Virus record (IMG/VR): IMGVR_UViG_3300049139_000146
Span: 1-27,740 of that record
Reading direction: 5' to 3' (one strand)
Length of the DNA: 27,740 bases
Origin: a virus
Lineage: Duplodnaviria > Caudoviricetes
This document shows, piece after piece, positions 9,755-17,316 of the stretch. Below the pieces are notes generated by a model, which worked only from the letters and a program-made list of their open reading frames with translations, did not search any database and was not told the origin of the DNA. The translations under genes were made by a program, and so were the position numbers. The stretch's first letter is position 1. Each line of letters starts with the position of its first letter.

Positions 9755-10708
9755 TCAGGCCGCCAGGTAGCCGGGGAGCCAGTGCTCGGCGTAGTAGCGG
9801 ACGGTGTGGTGGATGCCCTCGTCGAGGGGCACGAAGTCGGCGGCGGTGAGGCCGATCTGCTGGAGGGTGCTGGTGTCGGAGGTGACGACGGCGTTGGGGA
9901 CTTCGCCGGGCCGCATGGGCAGGTGCTTGATGCCGACGGGCTGGAGACCGGTGTAGCCGGTGGCCTCCTCGGCGACGAGGCGGGCGATGTCGTTGACCGT
10001 GCACGATTCGAGCGGGCCGACCTCAACCGGACGCTCGGTGGGCCCGTGTTCGGCGGTGTGCTCGAGCGCGGCGACGAAAGCGCGGGCGACGTCGGCGACG
10101 TACACACAGTCGCTGATCTGGGTGCCGTCCCCGTACACCTCAATGTCGGTGCCTGTGAGGGCTCGGCACACGAACGATGGTGCGATCTTGCGGACCTTGC
10201 TCGTGCCGTAGGGGGCGGCGATGGACTGGCCCGGGCCGTAGGCGTTGACCGGGCGGACGATAGTGATGCGCCCGCCGTCGCGGTAGAGGTTGTACATGCG
10301 GGCGAGGTCTTCGGCGGCCGACTTGGTGATCGTGTAGCAGCCGGTTCCCTGGAGCCGCATGGCGTGGTTGCCGACCCCGGCGTAGACGGTGGGGAGCCGG
10401 TACTGGGTGGCGGCCTCGAAGACGTTGAGCGAGCCGAGGATGTTCGTCTCGGCGGACGGCCGCGGGTTGCTTATGGTCTCCTGTGTGCCGAGGACGGCGG
10501 CGAGGTGGATGATCCCGTCGACGTGGGCGGCGGCTTCTGTGACGGCGGTGGCGTCGCGGACGTCGCCGAGGAAGAACTCCTCGCCGTCGGCCAGCTGCTG
10601 GCGCCGGTCCTGGTGGTCGAAGACCAGCGCCTGGTGGCCACGGGCGATGAGCTCCTTGCGGGTCCACGACGCGAGGAAGCCGCTGCCGCCGGTGATCAGT
10701 ACCTTCAT
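9755..10708 (-). CDS. NAD-dependent NDP-sugar epimerase/dehydratase (extended SDR, 317 aa)
   Basis: MKVLITGGSGFLAS Rossmann motif, IIHLAA, YTITK (YxxxK), NAYGPGQ, YGDGTQISDCVYVADVARA. Confidence 0.93.
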   Translation of the reverse strand: MKVLITGGSGFLASWTRKELIARGHQALVFDHQDRRQQLADGEEFFLGDVRDATAVTEAAAHVDGIIHLAAVLGTQETISNPRPSAETNILGSLNVFEAATQYRLPTVYAGVGNHAMRLQGTGCYTITKSAAEDLARMYNLYRDGGRITIVRPVNAYGPGQSIAAPYGTSKVRKIAPSFVCRALTGTDIEVYGDGTQISDCVYVADVARAFVAALEHTAEHGPTERPVEVGPLESCTVNDIARLVAEEATGYTGLQPVGIKHLPMRPGEVPNAVVTSDTSTLQQIGLTAADFVPLDEGIHHTVRYYAEHWLPGYLAA

Positions 10709-10899
10709 GCCTGCTGCTCCTTGCTGAGGGGGATCGGTGAGGCGGCCTGTGCGGCGCGGGTGACGGCGTCCCAGAACTCGCGGGCCGCAGCGTCGGGCTG
10801 GTAGCGGGGGCCGGTGGTGATGTGGCCGTCGGGGCGGATGCCGACGATGAGCGTGCCGTCGTCCTCCCGCAGGGCCAGCGCGAACTCGGGCTCGGTCAC
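10705..10899 (-). CDS. Hypothetical protein (64 aa)
   Basis: RBS GGAGG; coupled at both ends. Confidence 0.7.
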   Translation of the reverse strand: MTEPEFALALREDDGTLIVGIRPDGHITTGPRYQPDAAAREFWDAVTRAAQAASPIPLSKEQQA

Positions 10900-11525
10900 G
10901 GCGCCTCCTGCTGGGTGATGGCGGCGCGGATGCGGCGGGCTGCGTCTTGGTTGGAGTCCCAGGCGCCCCCGTAGGCTTCCTCCGCTTCCAGCTCTTCAGC
11001 GACACGAAGCACCCGATCAAGGGCATCCTGCTTGCCCTGCGCTGACCGGCGGGTCCCTGCTGCTGCGTTGCGGATGTCGTCCCAATCCCGCGTGAGGTCC
11101 ATGCCGAGGGCTTGCTGAAGTTCGCGCCTCCAGTGGGCAAGACGCTGTTCAAGCGCGGCAGCTCGATCGGGCTCGTCGTCGCCGAGGGCTTCGCGTGCGC
11201 GGCGGATCTGGTAGCGGAGGGACTCGGCCGTCGCCTCCGCCACATCCAACGGGGTCTGCGCGGGCGGCACTTCGGGGCGGGTGCCGTCGTCCGGCATCCA
11301 GCCGGGGCATCCGTCGTGAGCGTCGTGCGGGACGCGGTGCACCTGCGGGCAGAGGTGGGCGGGGATGGTGGCGTGCGGGCAGGTCTTGCAGTGGTCGCAC
11401 TGGGTCGCTCCGTCGGGGCAGTCGCAGCGGGGGCAGCGGCGGTCGGCCGGGCACTGGATCGGCGTGCCCCAGCCGTCGGTGTGCACCTCGCCGCCGCACT
11501 CAGGCCGCGTGCACGGGCCGCTCAT
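10896..11525 (-). CDS. Cys/His-rich N-terminal domain plus coiled-coil protein (209 aa)
   Basis: ATGA overlap; CTRPEC, CPRCDC, CDHCKTCPH clusters; helical C-terminus. Confidence 0.65.
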   Translation of the reverse strand: MSGPCTRPECGGEVHTDGWGTPIQCPADRRCPRCDCPDGATQCDHCKTCPHATIPAHLCPQVHRVPHDAHDGCPGWMPDDGTRPEVPPAQTPLDVAEATAESLRYQIRRAREALGDDEPDRAAALEQRLAHWRRELQQALGMDLTRDWDDIRNAAAGTRRSAQGKQDALDRVLRVAEELEAEEAYGGAWDSNQDAARRIRAAITQQEAP

Positions 11526-11635
11526 CGCACGCTCCATGCGGCGGGCGTGTAGTCGATACGTACCTCGACGGGCTGCAGCGACGACAGGACGACGAACGCG
11601 AACAGACAAGCCAACGCCTGGCAGATGACGGTCAC
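11522..11635 (-). CDS. 37-aa hydrophobic peptide
   Basis: GTGA and ATGA overlaps bridge the flanking genes; hydrophobic N-terminus. Confidence 0.5.
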   Translation of the reverse strand: MTVICQALACLFAFVVLSSLQPVEVRIDYTPAAWSVR

Positions 11636-11907
11636 GACCCGTCCCCTTCCGCGTCGGCAACCTCGGCCCGGTAGCGGGTGAGCGCGTAGTCGAGCAGGCC
11701 CATGACTCGGTGAAAGGGGACCTGTCCGCCGCCGTTCGGGAGCGTGATGCCGACCTGCGTGAGCCCGTCGCCGTCCTGGTCGTAGCGCTGAGTGGAAGTG
11801 ACGAGAACCCATTCGGTGAGGACACCCTGGGCGCCTTCGAGACGAACGACTTCCTCAACGGCGTCGGCGAGCCGCTCGTAGGCGGGCTTCAGTTCGGGGT
11901 CGGCCAT
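11632..11907 (-). CDS. Hypothetical protein (91 aa), first gene of reverse cassette
   Basis: RBS AGGAG; MADPELKPAYERL... Confidence 0.75.
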   Translation of the reverse strand: MADPELKPAYERLADAVEEVVRLEGAQGVLTEWVLVTSTQRYDQDGDGLTQVGITLPNGGGQVPFHRVMGLLDYALTRYRAEVADAEGDGS

Positions 11908-12023
11908 GGGCGTACTCCTGGGTGCGGGTTGGTGCGGGTGGGGCGCGGGATTTGGTGTGGCAGGGGAGCAGACCCGCACGGCCACACCCCTGCCACCGGT
12001 TCCTGAGCCAGAACCTCAGCCCA

Positions 12024-12080
12024 CGATACCTGTGATTCGTAGGTTACTGGCGGGGTTCGGGCTACGATTCAAAGGTATCG
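12024..12080. promoter_or_regulatory. 19-bp inverted repeat, candidate twin divergent promoters or operators
   Basis: CTACGAATCACAGGTATCG on minus strand (12024-12042) versus CTACGATTCAAAGGTATCG on plus strand (12062-12080), 17/19 identical. Confidence 0.6.
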
Positions 12081-12099
12081 GCCGTACTGAGGAGACCAC

Positions 12100-13038
12100 A
12101 TGGCCGCACCAATGCCCGCCGCCGACTTCCTGAACTGCCTCCGCGACGAAGGCCTCGACGTCGTCCAAGTCGGCAACTGGGAAACCCACAACCGCAACAG
12201 CAAAGGCCCGTGGGGACCCGTCAACGGCGTGATGATCCACCACACCGTCACCCGCGGCAGCGCCGCCACCGTGGAACTCTGCCGCAACGGCCACAGCACC
12301 CTGCCCGGGCCGCTGTGCCACGGCGTCATCACCAAGGACGGCAAGGTTCACCTCGTCGGCTACGGCCGCGCCAACCACGCCGGCCTCGGCGACCCGGACG
12401 TGCTGGCCGCGATCATCGCCGAGCGCACGCCACCCGCCGACAATGAGGCCACCATCGACGGCAACCGGCACTTCTACGGCTGGGAATGCGAGAACATGGG
12501 CGACGGCAAGGACCCGTGGCCCGACGCCCAGATCGAGGCCATCGTCCGCGTCATCACCGCCCTCTGCCGCCACCACAACTGGTCCGCCCGCTCCGCGATA
12601 CGCCACCTTGACTGGCAGCCCGGCAAAATCGACCCCCGCGGGCCGGGCATGGACTGGGACGACATCCTCGACCGCGTCGCCAAGCGGCTCGCCGGCACCA
12701 CGCCCAGCACGCCGAAGCCGCCCGCCCCGAAGCCGCTGCCGAGGCCGCAGAAGCCGGTCGTTGATCTGTCGAAGCTCGTCGCCGCAGCCAAGTCCAACCC
12801 CGCGGCGAAGGGAACGCCCGTCACCTACAGCGGCGTGCGCACCGTCGAGGCCGCCCTCGTCGACGCTGGGCTGCTCGCCAAGCGATACAGCGACGGCCAC
12901 TACGGCACCACCACCATCGCCGCCTACGCCAAGTGGCAGCACAAGCTCGGCTACCGCGGCAAGGACGCCGACGGCATCCCCGGCCGCACCTCCCTCGAAC
13001 GCCTCGGCGACAAGCACGGCTTCGAGGTGATCGCGTGA
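12100..13038 (+). CDS. Endolysin, N-acetylmuramoyl-L-alanine amidase with C-terminal peptidoglycan-binding domain
   Basis: MIHHT, RANHAG, GWECEN, RHLDW..KIDP Amidase_2 motifs; Pro-rich linker; DGHYG..T and DGIPG PG-binding motifs. Confidence 0.95.
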   Translation: MAAPMPAADFLNCLRDEGLDVVQVGNWETHNRNSKGPWGPVNGVMIHHTVTRGSAATVELCRNGHSTLPGPLCHGVITKDGKVHLVGYGRANHAGLGDPDVLAAIIAERTPPADNEATIDGNRHFYGWECENMGDGKDPWPDAQIEAIVRVITALCRHHNWSARSAIRHLDWQPGKIDPRGPGMDWDDILDRVAKRLAGTTPSTPKPPAPKPLPRPQKPVVDLSKLVAAAKSNPAAKGTPVTYSGVRTVEAALVDAGLLAKRYSDGHYGTTTIAAYAKWQHKLGYRGKDADGIPGRTSLERLGDKHGFEVIA

Positions 13039-13376
13039 TCCTCAACCTGACCCCGCACCCGATCCGCCTCTACTCGAACGAGCGCGAGGATGGCATCGAC
13101 GACCTCGAACCGCACCTGCGTGAGGTGATCGAGCCCGAGCCCGTACCCGCCCGGCTGGCCACTTCCGAAGTCAGCAGCGGCATGTGGCCCGTTCTGGTGG
13201 AGTTCGGGCACGCCCAGAACCTCCCGCCGAAGCGGGATGGCGTCCAGTACATCGTCTCCCTCGTCGTGGCCCTCGCGCTCGCCGACCGGCGAAGCGACCT
13301 GCTCGTCCCCTACCGCGAGGTACGCAACGCCTCCGGGACCGTCATCGGCTGCCGCTCCCTCGCGCAGCCCGTCTGA
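13035..13376 (+). CDS. NLTPH-motif protein (113 aa), possible Crn4-like ring nuclease
   Basis: GTGA overlap with endolysin; NLTPH, ARL, LP...YIVS, RSDLLVP, GTVIGCRSL motifs; function is inference. Confidence 0.6.
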   Translation: MILNLTPHPIRLYSNEREDGIDDLEPHLREVIEPEPVPARLATSEVSSGMWPVLVEFGHAQNLPPKRDGVQYIVSLVVALALADRRSDLLVPYREVRNASGTVIGCRSLAQPV

Positions 13377-13388
13377 AACGAGAAGCCC

Positions 13389-13742
13389 ATGAAGCCGTTC
13401 GGCAGAGAGCCCGCTCTCGTCATCGCCGCCATCTCGGCCGGTCTGTCCCTGCTGGTGACGTTCCAGTTCGGCCTGTCCGCCGAGCAGGCCGGCGCGATCG
13501 TCGCCGTCATCTCCGCCGTGTTCGCCGCAGCCACGGCCGCCGTCACCCGGCCCGTCGCGCCGTCGGCGTTCACCGGTCTCGTCGCCGCGGTCGCCGCGCT
13601 GCTCGCCGCCTACGGGTTGGAGCTCGGACCGGAGAAGATCGGCGCCCTGAACGCGGTCGTCCTCGCCGGGCTCGGCCTGCTCACCCGCGGCCAGGTGTCC
13701 CCGACCAGCCCCTCGGCGCCCACCGGCCCGACGGGCGTCTGA
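13389..13742 (+). CDS. Holin-like membrane protein
   Basis: 117 aa, about 4 TM segments, FGREPAL and TRGQVSP motifs, in lysis cassette. Confidence 0.8.
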   Translation: MKPFGREPALVIAAISAGLSLLVTFQFGLSAEQAGAIVAVISAVFAAATAAVTRPVAPSAFTGLVAAVAALLAAYGLELGPEKIGALNAVVLAGLGLLTRGQVSPTSPSAPTGPTGV

Positions 13743-13757
13743 ATGTAGGAGCGACAC

Positions 13758-14054
13758 GTGGCCGATGAGCCGACCCTCGGCGAGGTCGTCCGCCGGTTCG
13801 AGGATCGGTTCACCGACATCCGCGACGACATCCAGCAACTCGGCCGCCGCATGGACGACAAGGTCGACCAGAAGCTGTACGACCTGCGCCATGAGGCCCT
13901 CGCAGCCCGAGTCGCCACACTGGAAACCCTGCGCGAGAAAGACACCGAGAAACTCGTCGCCACCCGCCGATGGCTGATCGGCGCGGTGATCGTGCCGCTG
14001 ATCGGGATCCTGATGCCGGTCATCATCCTGCTGACACGGGGGGCGGGAACGTGA
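13758..14054 (+). CDS. Coiled-coil protein with C-terminal TM helix (lysis accessory)
   Basis: RBS AGGAG; [23 protein letters not shown]. Confidence 0.75.
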   Translation: MADEPTLGEVVRRFEDRFTDIRDDIQQLGRRMDDKVDQKLYDLRHEALAARVATLETLREKDTEKLVATRRWLIGAVIVPLIGILMPVIILLTRGAGT

Positions 14055-14767
14055 GCCGCTCCGCACTCCGCGCACAGGAGCGACGCTGGCGCCGCGGCGA
14101 CCTCCTCGTCATCACGGGCGCCCTGGCCGTCGGCACAGCCTTCGCATGGATCGTGCTCTCCGTACAGGGCCTCACCCACGAGCTGCACACCGCAAACGAG
14201 GCACGCGACCAACTGGCCCGCCAAGTGCAGCAACTGGGAGAGAAGCCGATCGCAGGCCCGCCCGGATCCCGCGGCGAGCCCGGCGACTCCGTGCGCGGAC
14301 CCAAGGGCGACCCAGGGGAGCCGGGCGGGCCTGGAGAATCAGGCGAGCCGGGATCTTCCGGACCGTCTGGTTCGCCAGGGCGGCCCGGGGACGCTGGCGA
14401 GGACGGCAAGCCGGGCTCACCCGGCCCATCCGGCGAACCCGGATCTGACGGAGCCCCAGGATCCGACGGAGCACCGGGAGCGGACGGCGCCGACGGCGAA
14501 CCCGGACCCCCTGGCCCGCAAGGAGAACCGGGGCCTGCCGGACCGCAGGGCCCGACGGGGGAGCGCGGCGAGCGTGGGGAGCAAGGCTCACCCGGGCCCG
14601 CACCGTCCGGCTGGACGTTCACCTACCGGGGCGCCACCTACACCTGCACCCCCGACGGCGACGGCTCCACCCACTACACCTGCCGACAGACCGGCGGAGA
14701 CCAGGATCCCGACCTGCCCGGCCCGCTCGCTGCCGGCCTCGACCCGCAACGTCGCCAGTACCCCTAG
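14051..14767 (+). CDS. Membrane-anchored collagen-like protein (238 aa)
   Basis: GTGA overlap; N-terminal TM and coiled coil; about 38 Gly-X-Y triplets (14255-14602); small two-Cys C-terminal domain. Confidence 0.88.
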   Translation: MSRSALRAQERRWRRGDLLVITGALAVGTAFAWIVLSVQGLTHELHTANEARDQLARQVQQLGEKPIAGPPGSRGEPGDSVRGPKGDPGEPGGPGESGEPGSSGPSGSPGRPGDAGEDGKPGSPGPSGEPGSDGAPGSDGAPGADGADGEPGPPGPQGEPGPAGPQGPTGERGERGEQGSPGPAPSGWTFTYRGATYTCTPDGDGSTHYTCRQTGGDQDPDLPGPLAAGLDPQRRQYP

Positions 14768-14777
14768 GAGACCCCAG

Positions 14778-15926
14778 ATGCCGTTTCCGCCCGGTGTTCA
14801 AACTGTCACCCTCACCGCCGGGGCCGCTGGCTACCGGGCTCTGGATGGCGACCCGTATCAGGGCACGATCCGCCTCACACCGTCCGTGCCTCGCGTCGTC
14901 TCCGCCACACACGGCGTCATCGCCCTCGGCCCGGAGAACATCACCCTCGGCGCCTCGGGCGAGTTCTCGAAGGCGCTCCTCGCCATCGACGCCGACGGGT
15001 TCAGCCCTTCAGGCTGGACGTACCGGGTGGACGAAGAGTTCACCAATGCGCCAAGCCGCTCCTACAACATCAGCCTGCCCGCCTCCGCCGGCACGGTCGC
15101 ACTGTCGTCGCTTACGCCGGTGGAGTCGGCCACAGGCGTAGAGATCGGAGCAGAGACCGCAGGAACCGCAGCTGCCGCAGTCGCCGCACACAACGCGGAC
15201 ACCACCGACGTACACGGCATCAGCAGCACCTCACTCTTGGAGACGACGGCCGGCGCCGCGGCCAAAGTCTCAGCGCACGCCGCGGTCGTGACGAACGTCC
15301 ACGGCATCGCCGACACGTCCGTCCTCGAAACCCAGTCGGGCGCCACATCCAAAGTCTCTGTTCACTCCGCAGCGGCCGACCCGCACGGCGACCGGGTGTG
15401 GGCGACAGGCCAGTTCGCCACCCAGACCACCGTCACCACCCTCAACACCTACGTCGACGACACCGTCGTCCGCATCGCCGCCGTTGAGAACGGCACCGCC
15501 TGGCTCGCCGGCGTCAACTCCAGCGGGCCAGTGCTCGTCTCCGGAGCCGATTTGACGGTCAGGGACAACGCCAAGGGGTACAGGCTGCGGCGCGGCGGCA
15601 GCGCGCTGGACTTCGAAGCCACCGGCGCAGACATGATCTTCTCCAACTGGAGCGGCACCGGCTTCAACGGCACCCAACGCGCCTACCTGCGCCTGTCCGC
15701 CGACGCCCAGAACATCCAGATCGCAGGGAAGGTGGAGTATGCCGACGCCCTCTACGGCACCATCCGGCACGTCCTCGACGGCGCAGCGAACCAGGCTGGG
15801 TTCTTCGGCGCCACACCCGTCGGCCGGCCGACTGTCACCGGCTCATGGTCCGGCGGTACAGCTGGCCCGTCGCTCGCCGCAGCCCTGGCCGCTCTCGGGC
15901 TCATCACCGACTCCACCACCGCATAG
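14778..15926 (+). CDS. Fibre-like virion protein (382 aa)
   Basis: RBS AGGAG; N-terminal adaptor-like domain (GWTYRVDEEF); 29-aa His repeats; C-terminal GFFGATPV...LAALGLITDST. Confidence 0.7.
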   Translation: MPFPPGVQTVTLTAGAAGYRALDGDPYQGTIRLTPSVPRVVSATHGVIALGPENITLGASGEFSKALLAIDADGFSPSGWTYRVDEEFTNAPSRSYNISLPASAGTVALSSLTPVESATGVEIGAETAGTAAAAVAAHNADTTDVHGISSTSLLETTAGAAAKVSAHAAVVTNVHGIADTSVLETQSGATSKVSVHSAAADPHGDRVWATGQFATQTTVTTLNTYVDDTVVRIAAVENGTAWLAGVNSSGPVLVSGADLTVRDNAKGYRLRRGGSALDFEATGADMIFSNWSGTGFNGTQRAYLRLSADAQNIQIAGKVEYADALYGTIRHVLDGAANQAGFFGATPVGRPTVTGSWSGGTAGPSLAAALAALGLITDSTTA

Positions 15927-15936
15927 CGAGGCTGTC

Positions 15937-16029
15937 GTGAGCGAGATCGACGACGAGGGCCGGCCGCTGTACCTGTCCCGCTGGCCGTTCCGCGAACCGC
16001 CCTGGCCGCCGGACGACGAACCCGCGTGA
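15937..16029 (+). CDS. 30-aa hypothetical peptide
   Basis: GAGG RBS, GTG start, ends just before terminator. Confidence 0.4.
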   Translation: MSEIDDEGRPLYLSRWPFREPPWPPDDEPA

Positions 16030-16080
16030 ACGACAGCGCCCCGCCCTCTGCTTCGGCAGGGGAGCGGGGCGCTTCGTCGT
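16030..16080. terminator. Bidirectional intrinsic terminator ending the late operon
   Basis: AGCGCCCCGC-CCTCTGC-TTCG-GCAGGGG-A-GCGGGGCGCT hairpin between convergent genes. Confidence 0.85.
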
Positions 16081-16084
16081 GTCG

Positions 16085-16267
16085 TCACTTCTCCAGGAGG
16101 CGGCCAAGCATCCAGGCGCCGCCCGGCGCGATGACGAGGAAGGCGGCGGATGCGACGGCGAACCGCGCACCGTCCATCTCTCCCGGCAGGACGATGGCCG
16201 CGAACACGCCGAGCGCGACGACGACCGGGACGAAGAAGCTGACGTTCGTGCGAGCCGAGCTGTCCAT
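16085..16267 (-). CDS. Two-TM small membrane protein (60 aa)
   Basis: RBS AAGGAG; two hydrophobic stretches. Confidence 0.7.
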   Translation of the reverse strand: MDSSARTNVSFFVPVVVALGVFAAIVLPGEMDGARFAVASAAFLVIAPGGAWMLGRLLEK

Positions 16268-16269
16268 GA

Positions 16270-16572
16270 CTACTCCTTCAGGCCGCTGTGGCCGTCCTTG
16301 GCTTGGTGGCGACGGACGCTGAGGGGAGCGCCCCGGTATCCGCAGACGCACTCCTGCCAGCCTGCCTGCTCCACAGCCGCCCCAGTGACAGAGTGCTGGG
16401 GCCCGTAGCCGTGGGCGTGGAGGAAGTGGGGCACGCTGCCCTCGTACTTGAGGGCGATGAGCGCGGACTCTGCGGTCTTGTCGTGGCCTTGGGCGAAGAA
16501 CTTCCCGAGGCCGACTTCCTTTCCGCAGCCGCACCAGCAGTTGCCGGTGGGCAGGAGGCGGGGCTTGCTCAC
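16270..16572 (-). CDS. Putative zinc-binding protein (100 aa)
   Basis: GTGA overlap; CWCGCG...GHD and CVC...H...H motifs. Confidence 0.75.
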   Translation of the reverse strand: MSKPRLLPTGNCWCGCGKEVGLGKFFAQGHDKTAESALIALKYEGSVPHFLHAHGYGPQHSVTGAAVEQAGWQECVCGYRGAPLSVRRHQAKDGHSGLKE

Positions 16573-16817
16573 TTCCCGCCCTCCAGCAGCGCGCCGATTG
16601 CGGCGACGACGTCGGACACGGCCTGGTTGTACGCCTCGTCCTCCGGCGTTCCGGTCGCGTCCTCCAGGTACTCGCCGCGCGCCGCCTCGATCGCCTTCGC
16701 GAGCGTCTCGGTGTGCTGGGCAGCGTTGTGCTCGGCGAGGATGCTCTCGGCTCCGTCGCGATTCGTGCGCGCGCCCTCCATCAACGCCAAGAGGACGTAC
16801 TCGGTGGGGTTCTGCAT
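16569..16817 (-). CDS. Acidic helical hypothetical protein (82 aa)
   Basis: RBS GAGGAG, ATG. Confidence 0.7.
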   Translation of the reverse strand: MQNPTEYVLLALMEGARTNRDGAESILAEHNAAQHTETLAKAIEAARGEYLEDATGTPEDEAYNQAVSDVVAAIGALLEGGK

Positions 16818-16838
16818 AGCGGGCTCCTCGTTGCTCGT

Positions 16839-16889
16839 CGTACACCCAAGGTAGCAAGTCAAGACTTCAAGTCAAGGGTGTACGTCAAG
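16839..16889 (-). promoter_or_regulatory. Leftward promoter with operator array
   Basis: TTGACT-16-TACCTT on minus strand; GTCAAG at 16858, 16871, 16884; inverted CGTACACCC/GGGTGTACG. Confidence 0.6.
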
Positions 16890-16967
16890 ACATGCGAGTG
16901 TAGAACGTCTCCTGAAGGGCGCCCGGTTGAGCTGTCGACCTCTCGATAACATGCCATATCGCGGGCG

Positions 16968-17195
16968 TTATTTGGGGTGATTGTCCGACTCTCGGCCAGG
17001 GGAGAGTGACCGCCGTGAATCACCCTCCGTCGCTCGCTCGCGCCGCTTCTTCTTGACCCAGTCGTGCATCGCTTCGACGAGCGCGTCGGATGGCGAGCGC
17101 TCCTCCGCCTTGGCGAGCGCTTCGAACTCGTCGCGTAGCGGCCTGGGTGGGCGGAAGCCCATGACCTTGGTCTGCCCTGTGGCGGGTCGCGCCAT
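16968..17195 (-). CDS. Ribbon-helix-helix (Arc/CopG-like) regulator
   Basis: MARPATGQTKVMGFRPPRPLRDEFEALAKAEERSPSDALVEAMHDWV: strand plus two helices; RBS GAGGGGAG. Confidence 0.8.
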   Translation of the reverse strand: MARPATGQTKVMGFRPPRPLRDEFEALAKAEERSPSDALVEAMHDWVKKKRRERATEGDSRRSLSPGRESDNHPK

Positions 17196-17206
17196 CGCTC
17201 CCCCTC

Positions 17207-17293
17207 GGTTTGTGTTTAACAGAATCTAGCATCCAACTGGCGCGATGAGTTGACAAGGGGTGGGGTGTTCGCCATTCTTGTTAAACAGAAACC
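17207..17293. promoter_or_regulatory. Divergent promoters with paired operators
   Basis: TTGACA(17250)-17-CATTCT; inverted repeat GGTTTGTGTTTAACAGAAT / ATTCTTGTTAAACAGAAACC over both -10 regions. Confidence 0.7.
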
Positions 17294-17316
17294 AGCGGCA
17301 AGCAGGGGAGAGCACG

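Noticed and set aside
7635-11985. ORF-track N-terminal extensions of cassette genes (361, 324, 469, 496, 320 aa)
   Set aside because: Extensions overlap upstream genes; RBS and stop/start overlaps define shorter true starts
14255-14602. Tandem-repeat-like DNA, possible CRISPR or VNTR
   Set aside because: Explained by Gly-X-Y codons; no identical repeats with unique spacers
6305-15926. Diversity-generating retroelement or fibre shufflon
   Set aside because: No reverse transcriptase, no template/variable repeat pair and no inverted fibre cassettes seen by eye
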